Assembly: GCA_951406725.2 (NCBI GenBank)
Contig: OX597814.1
Coordinates: 137,702,001 to 137,766,000 of the forward strand
Length of the DNA: 64,000 nt
Source of the DNA: Octopus vulgaris
Lineage: Eukaryota
Reading direction: 5' to 3'
The notes below the pieces were generated by a model. That model did no database searches and was not told where the DNA came from. It worked only from the letters and a program-made list of their open reading frames with translations. This document shows, in pieces, positions 1 to 12,407 of the stretch (its first letter is position 1; each line of letters begins with the position of its first letter). The translations under genes were made by a program, and so were the position numbers.

Positions 1-1080
1 AGCATGTGACAACACAACAGCAAAGTATATTGCAAAGAGGGTGGGTGCATCAAGGTCTCCTTGCTTTACTCCATTTTCCATGGCAAAAGATTCAGAGAGC
101 CTACCACCAAAGTTAACTCTAGCTTTCATATCTTGATGCAAAGCCCTGATCATGTTTACAAATTTTTCTGGGCAACCTATTTTCCTTAGAATTAGCCACA
201 GAGCATTTCAATTAACAGTATCGAATGTTTTGCTCAAATCAACAAAGCAATGGTATAGAGCAAGATTATGTTCAATGCACTTTTCTTCTAATTGTCTGAC
301 AGTAAAGATACAATCAGCTGTGCCCTTGGAGGAACGAAAACCACACTGAGACTTAGACACTATATTTGGAACTTAGACATTTGGTATTTAGACATTCTAA
401 CAAAATGTGGGCAAGTACCTTTCCAACCACAGGCAAAAACAAAATCCCACGAAAATTACCACACAGATCCTTTGGCCCTGATTTATACAAGGAGACTAAA
501 ATAGCATCAACCTAGTCTTGAGGCACTTTCTCAGTTCTCCAACAGTGACAAATTAATATATTTAAGTTTAAACATTTTGTCACCCCCATATTTCAAGACT
601 TCTGCACAGATTCCATTGGACCCTGGAGACTTATTGTTATTCAGCTTATTCACAGCTAAATAAATGTCATTTAGAGTTGGTTCAAATGCTATATTTCTTC
701 TATAACTGGAAGGTGTTCGATTTTTTCTATCATCCTCATGTCAGCAGATGATTGTCTATCCAAAAGTGCAGGAAAATGCTCCACCCAGCACTTATGAATA
801 GAAGCGGTGCCAGTCAGAAGCAAATGTCTATTTGCTGATCTCACTGGAGCTATGGAAGAAGATTTTGGGCCATATACCTTCTTAACATAAGAGGACAAAC
901 CCTTGGCATCATTTTTATCAGCTGCTTCTTGTGTCCCTTTTGCTCTATCATTCCACCATTCCTATTTAAGTTTTCTTAGAGCAGTCTGCACTTTCCTTTT
1001 CAGCTTTCTTTAAGCTTAGTTTGAATTGGGGTTCAAAGACTGAGAAAGAAGTGTAATGCCTAAGTTTTGTTTTTCTAATA
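1..1080 (-). mobile_element. Decayed RTE-clade LINE, reverse transcriptase region (runs off the window start)
   Basis: Minus-strand translation gives SQCGFRSSKGTADCIFTVRQLEEKCIEHNLALYHCFVDLSKTFDTVN...IGCPEKFVNMIRALHQDMKARV...ENGVKQGDLDAPTLFAIYF. These are typical RTE/BovB-like RT motifs, interrupted by stops and frameshifts. Confidence 0.9.
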
Positions 1081-1249
1081 TTGATTAGTAAAGAATATCA
1101 TGAAATGTGGAGTCAGCAGTTGTAACGATAAAAATTTGGCTATGGTGAATCGAATCCACTTCATGCTTGCAAGATCCACTACATGTATGCTTGTTAATAC
1201 TTCCAATCAGTTAAGATGAGAAACCATGAGAGGCACTGAATGCATGCAT

Positions 1250-1389
1250 GCATGTATGTATGTATGTATGTATGTATGTATGTATGTATGTATGTATGTA
1301 TGTATGTATGTATGTATGTATGTATGTGTGTGTGTGTGTGTATGTATACACATATACGTATATAATATATATTTAGACACACACACCAA

Positions 1390-1443
<54 letters not shown>
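1250..1443. repeat. Compound microsatellite (TATG)n, (TG)n, (TATC)n
   Basis: Seen directly; it accounts for the low-complexity ORFs at 1194-1444. Confidence 0.97.
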
Positions 1444-1450
1444 ACTATGT

Positions 1451-1595
1451 ATTTTATTAATAAAACTGCAAAAACAGGAAAAGATCCCCAAAACATCACA
1501 AAAATTGTTACTCAGAGTTTCATGTCCCCCTTCGATGGACGTGTAACTCTGAGTAACAGTTTTTGTGATGATTTTGCAGCTTTATTAATAAAGCA
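1451..1595. repeat. Near-perfect inverted repeat/hairpin, probably an inverted Penelope-like terminal repeat
   Basis: catcacaaaaattgttactcagagtttcatgtcc pairs with ggacgtgtaactctgagtaacagtttttgtgatg. The outer arms ttattaataaaactgcaaaa and ttttgcagctttattaataa also pair. Confidence 0.75.
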
Positions 1596-2512
1596 TAATA
1601 CTCTACCTCCGGTATTCGAGTACTGTTTTTTTCCACCTTGTTACACATTTACGTGCTTACTCTGGGGTTTCTAAATACATACACACATACATACACACGT
1701 GCGAGCACATACAAACACGCACACATATGTGTATATATATATTTGTATATTATATATGTATACACACACTTGCGTACGCTTACATTGAATGCATCATAGA
1801 TACTCTCAAACATACACATGCATTCATACGTGCATGCTTGTATTGCGCGTGTGCCCCTCCCCACAAAAGTAGATTGTGAAAGTAAGAATGCATAGAAAGA
1901 TTAAAGATTTCCGAATTATGTTTTTCACAGGACAGCGTATAAATCATAAGCGGAATATATTTATGTGCATCCTGTATGAGTATGTGTGATTGTAATTTAT
2001 AAGCTTTCAAGTTCACACGCTCATTAAGTTTATTTATCTATTTTGTCCACTAATTTTCTCTAATAAACTCTTTCAGCTGAAAACCTGTTTAGCGTGGGCT
2101 TACTTATACCTACAGGGGGACGACCACACTTCTTTCACTTGGCTGACAACCAAGCGCTGGATCAACACATTCTACGATTCCTTTCCATACCTATGCCAAT
2201 TTCTCTCTCTCTCTCACTCAATTTATGCCAATTATTTATGATATACTAATGATAGTCAGTCATATATTTGTCATATATATAAGTTATTTACGCAAGTAAA
2301 TGATATTATCTAACACCATAATTCAACCATACTCTAGTTGTTCTTATACGTATCTTTTATATTGTTGTAATATTTTCTTTTGAAATTCAACAATATCCAA
2401 ATTCTGATCGATAAGAAAAAAACAACAACAACAAAGATTAGATCATTGCTCTTTGTAAACTAAACAAAACTTTAATTCGAATTTATCTTGGTGAGTGAAA
2501 GAGATATCTAGA

Positions 2513-2723
2513 ATGGTACGGAATCAGTCAGAAGTGCCATTGGGCGATAAGAAATTTGAAAGAGGTTTCGTGACGAATGGCAGTCAAAGAAAAACCCGAC
2601 ACAGCACGCAGTCAGCTCTTGTCGCGATGTCAGCATCTGTTTGGACTGGAGGATCCACCGCATATGACGCTTTTGGCCGAAACCGCGATGACACTATTTT
2701 AACTCTTGATGGATTCAAGTCTG
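2513..2723 (+). CDS. Candidate first coding exon of the formin gene (MVRNQSEVPLGDKK...LTLDGFKS)
   Basis: Non-repetitive, CpG-containing open frame from ATG 2513, ending TCT G|GTATGT (phase 1). This matches the phase-1 acceptor at 39034 (G+AC = Asp). No homology evidence. Confidence 0.5.
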
Positions 2724-3389
2724 GTATGTGTATGTTTTACAAAAAATTTTCATTATTTCCATTTATTGTTGTTGTTATTTAACCTCAGATCAACCCCGAC
2801 TGAGCGGGCCTTTGGTCAAAAACATTCTTGCCGTGAACACCACGCAAAAACGGGGAATCCAGGAACGCATTATCTAATGTGTACTTTTCACAGACCAATA
2901 GGTTATTTAATAAAGATTTGACTGCTATTTCTACCAGGTCCAGCGATTGCACTGAGGCTCCCTCGTAGGCTCCTTCCTATTTGTTTGCATGTGGAATGGT
3001 CCACATTTTGCCTTAATATCCCGCGAAGGCAATCAGTAGAGTTTGGCAATGATTTTAAACTCAATGTTTTCTTTGATTGGTATGCTGGAATGAGATGTCA
3101 ATAAAACATCCTACAGAACTCGACGTATTTAGCTTAATGACTGTTCAGACTTTTTGTGACCAGAACTTAGAGTTTAAATTTTCATGTTCAGTGGAGACAA
3201 TGTTGTTATTGATGTTACCCGAGTATTTTGAAGACGACATCGTTTGTAGTGAGTAAAAGTTTGAACGTTAATGTTTTCAGGCAACAATTTTAAAGTTTTG
3301 TTTACCTACTTACTGTACATTGAAGAATGCGCTAAATGTGCTACGGACAAAATTAGTTTCTTAAAAATAATATGTATGTATGCATGTAT

Positions 3390-3827
3390 TCTATTTGTTT
3401 CAGTCATTAGACTGCGGCCACGCAGTGGCAGCGCCTTTAAGAATTTCAATTGAATATTTTTGAAGACTGGTACTTATTCCATCACTCTTTTTTGTCAAAC
3501 CGCTAAGTTAGGTGGACGTAAACACACCAATACCGGTTGTCAAGCGGTGGTGGGAGACAAACGCCGACAGAAAGACACAAATACATACATACATACATAC
3601 ATACATACATACATACATTTGATAAGTGCTAACGCACGAAACTCTCGGCTCTTGAGTCACTGTTTCTTGTAATATATATAGGCATGGCTGTGTGGTAAGA
3701 AGCTTACTTCCCAACCACATGGTTCCGGGTTCAGTTCCACTCTGTGGCACCTTGGGCAAATGTCTTCTACTATAGCCTCAGGTCGACCAAAACCTTGTGA
3801 GTGGATTTAGTTGACGGAAACTGAAAG

Positions 3828-3905
<78 letters not shown>

Positions 3906-4460
3906 CGACCCCGAAAGGATGAAAGACAAAGTTGACCTCGGTAGAATTTGAACTCAGAACATAATGATAGACGAAATGCCTATTTCTTTACTACTCACAA
4001 GGGGCTAAACACAGAGAGGACACACAAGGACTGACAAACGGATTAAGTCGATTATATCGATCCCAGTGCGTAACTGGTACTTATTTAATTGACCCCGAAA
4101 AGATGAAAGGCAAAGTCGACATCGGCGGAATTTGAATTCAGAACGTAGCGGCAGACGAAATACCACAAAGCATTTCGCCCGGTGTGCTAACGTTTCTGCT
4201 AGCTCGCCGCCAATCCCATGGTCATTTATGACCGAAGGGAGTCTTTACCCTTACTTTTATGCGCACACGCGCGCTCGAACCCCCCCCCCCCACCATCCCC
4301 ACAAGACGGACTTCTTTCAGTTTCCGTTTAACAAATCCACTCAAGATGCTTTTGTCGGCTCGAGGCTATAGAAGAAGACACCTGTCGAAAGTACCATACT
4401 GTAGGACTGAACCTGGAACCATGTCGTTTGGAAGCAAATTTGTTACAACATAACCACATA
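3390..4460. mobile_element. Cluster of tRNA-derived SINEs of several families with (CT)n/(TA)n tracts
   Basis: ggcatggctgtgtggtaag...ggttcagttcc...accttgggcaa (CORE-like) on + at 3680-3831 and on - at about 4310-4460. Deu-like gtcgactttgcctttcatc family on - at 3900-4210. All recur many times in the window. Confidence 0.85.
3615..3663 (+). ncRNA. Type I hammerhead ribozyme-like motif, U3-A8 variant
   Basis: TTGATAA (3619-3625); stem II GTGC-taac-GCAC; GAAA (3638-3641); stem III CTC/GAG; GUC triplet ending at 3658. Stem I is weak (ACAT/A-c-TGT). Confidence 0.55.
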
Positions 4461-5882
4461 AACAACTATTAATATTGTTTCAAAGTAAGAATGAGCACAC
4501 TCATTGCATTTTAAGACAGAGATGCAGTAACGTAGCGTAGGTTGCCAACACTCGGGGTTGAGCAAGTACTGCCCTCCTAAACCGTGGATTCATTTAGACA
4601 AAACATAACTAATTTTTCTTCAACTGTTTCCCTAATGCTTGAATGCTATATACCAGTGCTTCTCAAACTATTTGATGTGGTGTACCGGTAGTTTATTTTT
4701 CCAATGTGTCAGGGACCCGTTATAGTTTTTAATAATATTAATTTATACCGGAAACAATATATATAATTAATTTAATAAAAGTTGACTTTTTTTATCGTGT
4801 CTATTTTGTAAACAAATAATACCATATGACATAAGCATTTTATAATGTTTCTTTTCTGGAAACTCGCCGCGTATTTGCAGCTGATGCCTCTCCGACCGGC
4901 ACCGATTCACGGACGACCACTTGGAAAGACTTCCGCCCGTCCCCACCCCATTTTCTCCCAAATTTACTGACCCGGGGGGATAAACAACAGAAGTTGCTAT
5001 AACGAATAGAAGTATGAGATCTCTAGGTAGTCGTTCAGCATGCCAGATTTAACAACACCCTACCGTTTTTAAACAAAGCAGGTATTCTGTCTGAAAATTA
5101 GACTTGATGGTCATGAGTCCATTAATCCTAAATAAAAAGTGTGGGAACGTTGTCTATAGCAGTGCTACTCAAAGTGGTTGGCAAAACTTCCGCCCCCCCC
5201 CTAAAAACCACCCTTAAACAAATTTTTTTTTTCGACACAATTTCCTAAAATCTTTGTAAAATTTTTTTTAAGAATTAAAAAATTACAAAAATAAACAAAT
5301 TTGGGAGAAAATGGGTGGGGACGGGAGGAAGTCTTTCCCTAATATTCTAATACATCATCCTATATATTGGATGGGAGTTGTAACATAAAAAAAATGTAAG
5401 ACATTTAACCAAAGGCGCTCCAACCGACGATTCTGTTTTTAGAGGCATGTAGGGCTTCATTATCTGTCATTTCATATTTTTTTTTTAGATCAGAAAGAAT
5501 AATTTGAGGGAGATCTGACTGTTATTTCTAATAGGTCGTGCGACCACATAAAGGCTCGTTAAAACAATTGTATGTGTTAATGGGTTAGACAAAGATTTAT
5601 ACGGGAAGCATGTTACCATCGGCCCCTACAGCTGCGAGGTCTAAATCGTAACAATTAACGGTATTTAAAACGATCAGTTTGCATTTAATACCAATTTCTT
5701 AGTTTTTGTAGTTAAGAAAACATTAAACAACTTTCGAAAATTTAATGAGTCTGCGAAGAATTATAAGGGGATATTTAAGATGTAATTCATTTTTATCGAC
5801 GTGCTTTCCGAAATCCGCCGAAACTACACCTGATTATATATACACTTTAGATGAGTTGTAGTGCACCTGAGCACTGTACACA

Positions 5883-5915
<33 letters not shown>

Positions 5916-6344
5916 AATAATAATAATAATAATAATAATCGTAAATGTCAACTCATGAATAACAGCAGAGGCACGTTTAATAGGAGCTGAACCACTGATA
6001 AAGTTTTTGTTGTCGTTGGTATTTTATGGGGACAGGGAAGGTGCTTGACTATTTCATCGCATCAGCCTCGCAATCACCTGCAGGATTGCTGTGTGTGTCT
6101 GAGGGGTTGCCTTAAAAATTTCTTCGTCGTGGAACACTTGTATCCCCTGATGTGGTGTGTAATCGAAGGAGTGTGTAAGCTTATTATTTTATTTTATTTA
6201 TCTACATTTTTTTCGTTTCTAGACACACTTTTTACTGCTGTAAACTTAATTCGTGTAAATTATGTTTTTTTTTAGCAGATTTATAGTTAATTACTGGAAA
6301 AAAATTATAAATGCAAGCAACTTCAAATGTAAAAACAAAAATGA

Positions 6345-7364
6345 TTTTGGTTAAGTACTACTACCAAAACAAACAAACAAACAAAAAACAAGTGTATTAG
6401 GTGTAAAAAAAAATGTGTATTAAACAAATATGTAAAAAAAGTTGCGCCGACAAATCGGGTGGGGTGGGTGGAGAGAGGACTTTCGGAAAATTCGGAAGAT
6501 CCGATTTTTCCCCTCATAACTTTTAGGAAAATGGATATCTTTTGATGAAATTTTATAGAAATACCTTTCAAACAGCATAGATTATAATTGTAAAGAAATT
6601 TGTGGGGAAATTTTTTCCCGAGGACGTGAGGAGAGGACTTTCGAAGAGAAATTCATAAATTATTTTTTGGCTTGAGTGTAATGGAAAAAAAGTTCGAAAA
6701 AATTATTTTAGATTCATTTATTTTTCGTTTGAGTAATAGAAAAAGGGTTTTAAAAGAGATCCCATGTATCATAATCTTTTTCCATTACTCAAATGTGTTT
6801 ACGGGGAGAAAATATTAAGCAAACAAGGAAGGTATCAGATGGTCGTGAGCTGTGCTAAAAACAACAGCTAAATAGCCCTTAACATTTTTTCCCGCAGTGA
6901 AACCATATTCAACACTACTTATAAATTTGTTTCTCTCACCATGATACATGGGATCTTTTTAAAAACCTTTTTCTATTACTCAAACGAAAAACAAATGAAT
7001 GAAAAAATTTGTTTTCAAACTTTTTTCCATTACACTCAAGCAACTAAATAATTTATGAATTTCTTTATCTTCGAAAGTCTTCTCCCCACACCCTCTCGAA
7101 AAAATTTCCCCGCAAATTTCTTCATAATCGCAATCTATGCCGTTTGAAAAGTATCTATGTATAATTTCATTAAGAGATATCCATTTTCCTAAAAGTTATA
7201 AGGGAAAAAATCGGATCGTGTGAACTTTCCGAAAGTCCTCTTTCTACCCACCCCGGTTCGGTGGCGCAAATTTTTGTTTTCATAGTGGTTTAATGCACCT
7301 TTTTTTTATACCTATTACACCTTTTTTTTTTTTTGCTAGCCGGGTGTTAAAGTAGTAATTAACC
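6345..7364. mobile_element. Foldback/MITE-like element with about 420-bp imperfect terminal inverted repeats
   Basis: The left arm (about 6345-6772) is the diverged reverse complement of the right arm (6941-7364). Examples: gatcccatgtatcat / atgatacatgggatc and ataacttttaggaaaatggatatct / agatatccattttcctaaaagttat. Confidence 0.85.
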
Positions 7365-9055
7365 GTGATTTGTTCAATCTAAATTGTTTAGTGTTATGAA
7401 TATAAGTTTTTTTTCCTTTTTGAATGTAATGTTGCTAGCCCCTTTCCAACTTTGTAGGTAATTACAATGAATAGCTACAGGCACTAATGAAAGAAGATTA
7501 ATTTATATTCAACACAGTCTTTTTTTTTTTTTTACATCAAGTTTTCCTATTTTGCATTTTGAATATGTCCTCTTATATGGTTCAACACGACGTTCATGGG
7601 GTGTATTTATGATAATAAGCGTCACATATGAAACACAAAAACAATTATTCGTATATAACAGGGGTCCTTAATTGGTCTGCCGTGGTGCATTGCTACATTA
7701 TATGGTATTATTGCTGCACCACAAAGGATATATATGTAGGTGTGTCGCAGATTTTAAGAATTTTTTTTGCCTCTTTAGAAAACTCATACTAATGCTTTAG
7801 CATTTTATAAAGTGTGTTCATGATTTTGTTATATGCAAGTATGATTAAAAAGCAAGGTAAGCAATAATTTTTTCTTATATTCTAGCTATATTTTCAGTTC
7901 TAAAACCGCTCTTTTTAATAGAATATTCCATGAAATGTGAGTCGTAATGGAAAGCCTTCCTCCCGTAATTTTTGTTTTGCTATGAGGTATTTCATAGGGC
8001 AAATAAAATTGATAAGTACTTTACATACGCACATACATACACGTACGTACATGCATAGATATATGCACATACACACGCTCACATGCATCTACATACAAAA
8101 CACGTATATACATAAGTACATACCAACTTATATTCATACACACATCATACATACATATTCAGGTGTGTAGTGGGGACAAGGTCAGCAAGAATTTATGTCC
8201 GGCCACTTAAAATGAAATATTCAAAGGTTTCACATATTTTCATCGCCCTTTGAAAGATTTAGCAATAAGTTAATTGTAAGATAGAATTATGTCATTAGGT
8301 TATACTCGAATGAGTTTTTATTTTGTCAGAAACAGTTAATGCTTTCTTAATTGGACACAAGGTCTCTAACCTGTGGGTTTTGGTATAGTTCACACTGGAC
8401 AATCTTTTTCGAAATGCAGGCCGCATGAGACATGGCTCACGATCAAGCAGACTGCACTACTAAAATAAATAAATAAATAAATATATTTCATTAGGTGTGC
8501 CATTCAGAAAATCCCGTGGGCCTTAGGTTGCCCATGACTAGATTAGAGCTGTCACAGGCAAACTGCAGCCCACGGGACTTTTTGACTGGCACGCCTAACG
8601 AAAACTTTCCTTGAATTTTTATAATAGTGTGGCCCATCTATTGAATGAACCATTTCTCATGCCACCCGATTCCCGAGAATGATTGTTCATGTCTGGTTTA
8701 GAGCTTATAGTTGAGTATAGAATTTAAAGGACGGGGTTGTTACGGTTGGAAAACTAGTTGTGTCGAAATTCAATTGTATATGCACATGATTTACTTGTTT
8801 AGAGCATGCGAGGAACCAAAATGAATCTGACTGTTTAATTTTTATGATGAAAAATTTATATTTCAGACCATAAAATATGGAATATTCTAAATTTCATACT
8901 CTCTTACATGTAGAGAGACTCAGAACTTCCTTGGTAAAATAACATATATTCTGAGGCAGTATTTGAAGCTATACTTCATACTAAGTCAGTGGAAACCTAG
9001 ATATCTAGCTCAACAAGCAATACCAATTTCTTGTTTAATATTGCTTTCCAATTTA

Positions 9056-9925
9056 AGGCGGACAGAAACGTTAGCACGCCGGGCGAAATGCGTAGCCGTA
9101 TTTCGTCTGCCGTTACGTTCTGAGTTCAAATTCCGCCGAGGTCGACTTTGCCTTTCATCCTTTCGGGGTCGATAAATTAAGTACCAGTTACGCACTGGAG
9201 TCGATATAATCGACTTAATCCGTTTGTCAGTCCTTGTTTGTCCTCTCTGTGTTTAGCCCCTTGTAGGTAGTTAAGAAATAGGTATTTCTTCTGTCTTTAC
9301 GTTCTGAGTTAAAATTCCGTCGGGGTCGATAAATTAAGAACCAATTGCGTGTCTAATCGACTGGCACCCCTCCCCAAAAAATTTCAGGCCTTGCGTCTAA
9401 AGTAGAAAAGAATATTGGTTTCAAATTTTGGCACAATATTAGAGGTGGTGGGATAGTCAATTATATCGACTCCAGTACTTTACTTTATTAATGCCAAAAT
9501 GTGGTACTTTACTTTATTAATGCCAAAATGAATGAAAGGCAATGTCAACCTCGGCAGCATTTGAACTCAGAACGTAAAGACCGACGAAATTTCACTAAGC
9601 ATGTTGTTGTCTGGCGTGCTAGCGATTCTGCCATCTCACCGCTTTATTCTAGTTTAATATTGATTTCAAATTTTGGTACGAAGCCTACAATTTCGGGGGA
9701 AGGGCCGAGTCGATCACATCGACCCCAGTGTTCAACTGATAGATCCTTGAAGTTTTTTGGGGGAGGGGACTGACTAGTCGATTACAACGATCCCAGAATT
9801 TCACTGGTGCTTAATTTATCGACCCCGAAAGGATGAAAGGCAAAGTCGACCTCAGCAGAATTTGAACTCAGAACGTGAGCTACTAAGCATTTTGCCTGGC
9901 GTGCTAACGACTCTGCTCGTCGCCT
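9056..9925. mobile_element. Cluster of Deu-like tRNA-derived SINE copies in both orientations
   Basis: The motif gagttcaaattccgccgaggtcgactttgcctttcatcctttcggggtcgataaattaagtaccag occurs on + at 9056-9410, with reverse copies at 9480-9925. Confidence 0.85.
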
Positions 9926-10493
9926 TTGTTATTCTAGTTTAACTTAAATAAATAAATAAAAGAGCTTTAAGTTTGAGTTAATGTCATGATGACCATAATC
10001 TTTAACTAAAACCAGAATAACAATACAATACTAACACGAGCGATATCACATTTTCCGAAGATGCAAACGAAAATCTTCAAATACGTATATTTAATAACGT
10101 CTTTGAATTATCCTTTTTACTATTGGTGCAAGGCCTGAAATTTGCGGGGAGAAGGCTCGTCAATTACATCGATCCCTCTGCCACCTCAACGCCTGAACAT
10201 CTTTGAACTATAAAACATGCAATAGTTGAAATATAATATTTAACTATGATAGTATTATGTGATTCAGTATGTTAGTAGTGACTGTAGGCAACGCAAACAA
10301 GAAATCTTACATCAAAATCTCAGAAAGAAACTGATGGATCTACTGTGTTGGATCATAATTGTTATTGTTACTTGTTTGGTATATTTTATATACAATTACA
10401 TGTCAGCACTGGTTAGGTGCCAGCCATGGTATTTACTAGGGAACCCATCACTAGTAAAAAGAAAATATCAAATCACGGAAAACATCGTGTGTA

Positions 10494-10526
<33 letters not shown>

Positions 10527-10561
10527 ATGTGTGTATCTGTGTATGCATACACACACACACA

Positions 10562-11875
10562 CATGGTGCGATGGGTAAATTGTCGCCATTTCATATTTTT
10601 TATTTTGCGCATGCATATTGTTTTTAATTTTGTTGACTACACAGTATTGTAGTGTCAGTTGGGCACCGTCTGTGAGAAAACTAGTACCGTGACGCAATTC
10701 ACTCTGCCAGAAATTTGGAAATGACATGCTGTACTGTTTGGCATTCGTGCCGGAAGCTCCAATGCGAACATTTCAGAGTGTTTTTGGTGTCAATCTGAGG
10801 ACAGTGCAGAGGATTCGGAAAGAGTTGGATAAGTCTCATGGTGATTACGAAGGTACAGCAGCTCGGAAAACTCACTTTGATCGTTCTGATCAGAAAAAAA
10901 CTCCAGAATTTTTGGTGAGATCTAGGTCAATGGAGTTCTTTTCTGAGGTCATGATTGACAACGTTCCCTCCATGTCACTCAGGTTCATTGTCAGGGACAT
11001 AAGTGTGTCTGAGTTTCTTATCAGGCAAGTAGTGCATGAAGACATTCGGTATTTCTCATACAAGATGAGAAAGGGCCAATTTTTATCCCAAGCCATCAAG
11101 TGCAAGAGGAAAGACCGCGCTACGAAGCTTTTGAACAAACTCAAGCATCCCCTCCAACTGAACATGCTTTGGTTTTTCTCAGACGAGAAAAAATTCTGCT
11201 AGGATCATATGGTGAACACAAAACAACCGTTGGATTGCTGTGTCTCCAAAACACGTACCGAGAGTGATAAAAATCAAACATCCAGTCAACATCATGGTGT
11301 TTGGAGTGATCACTAGTGATGTCAACGTTATACCTCCATTCATCTTCCCACACGGCCTCTGACTCAACACAGTAGTCTACATCAAGTGCCTGGAGTAGGT
11401 AGTGCTGCCCTGGGTCAAGAAGGTGGCTACTGGAAGACTCTGTGTCTGGCAACAGGACTCTGCAACATGCCACACAAGCAGGAGAATCCGGTCTTGGCAG
11501 TCAGACAATTTCTCCAACCACATCACCCCTAACATCTGGCTACCTAATACCCCAGACTGCAATCACCTTGAATACTATATGTGGGACGCAGTTGAGCGAC
11601 AGACCAACAAAACTCCTTGCAACACCAAAGATGAACTGAAGGCAAGGATTATGGCAGCGTTCACCAACTTAAACAAGGTGACCGCCCAGAAGAGTGTGCA
11701 GGAGATTCCGAGGTCGTTTGGAGGCTGTGTTTGAAGCCAATGGCGATTTTATTGAATAAATTAACTCTTTAGTATTTCAGGATATATTTATGCAATTTTG
11801 GTAAATATCTGTTAAAATGAGATGTCAGTTATTTTCATTTTTGTATAATTTAGACGATAATTTATTCATCGCACC

Positions 11876-11878
<3 letters not shown>
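10562..11878 (+). mobile_element. Tc1/mariner superfamily element (DD37-spaced, maT-like), about 1.3 kb, decayed
   Basis: Imperfect TIRs: catggtgcgatgggtaaattgtcg (10562) and cgataatttattcatcgcaccctg (ends 11878), followed by a TA run. Internal transposase remnants are present. Confidence 0.9.
10726..11759 (+). pseudogene. Disrupted maT-like transposase
   Basis: Motifs WFFSDEKKF, IMVFGVITS, VWQQDSATCH and PDCNHLEYYMW, with 37 residues between the 2nd and 3rd catalytic positions. Stop at 11200-11202, another near 11396, and a frameshift. Confidence 0.88.
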
Positions 11879-11918
<40 letters not shown>

Positions 11919-11920
<2 letters not shown>

Positions 11921-12407
11921 GCATATACTCGAGTAATAGTCGACCCCCTAGTTTTAGCCCAAAAATTGGGTATTTTTCATAGACCCTGTATAAAAGTCGA
12001 CCCTAGTATTCCTCGAACGACAGGACAACATTTGTGGGTCAAGGTACCGCATTCTCCTGTACGTAGAAATAACGCGGTTACAAAATTTTGTAGCTATCTT
12101 ACTGTAGCCTGCTTTATAGGTGGAATACTTACTGCTTATAATGGAATGCACGTTGCTTACAGTAAAACACCATTAAATAGCGAGCATTCACCATTATTAA
12201 AATGTATGAACAAGATATGATACAAACCTGCATACATCTTCAAGCACAATAAACAAATGCGTCATACACTCATTGTTTACATGGTGAGAAACGTGTTTCA
12301 CAGACTGCACTATTGACGAACATTGGCAAATGTTCCCATGCGACCTTTATATTTTCCTCATTTGCAAATACAATAAACACATGCGTCATACGCTCATTCG
12401 TTTACAC
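11919..12407. mobile_element. Tc2/pogo-like non-autonomous element end that hosts the hAT insertion
   Basis: Begins TA|CCGCATATACTCGAGTAATAGTCGACCCC, resembling CCGTATATACTCGAGTATAAG-type termini. Its internal repeat of about 125 bp resumes after the hAT at 15241-15290. Confidence 0.5.

Noticed and set aside
1194-1444. ORFs with YIHT/MYVC/HT/LS/RE repeats here and at 19640, 24481, 44460 and 55782
   Set aside because: They are translations of microsatellites, not genes.
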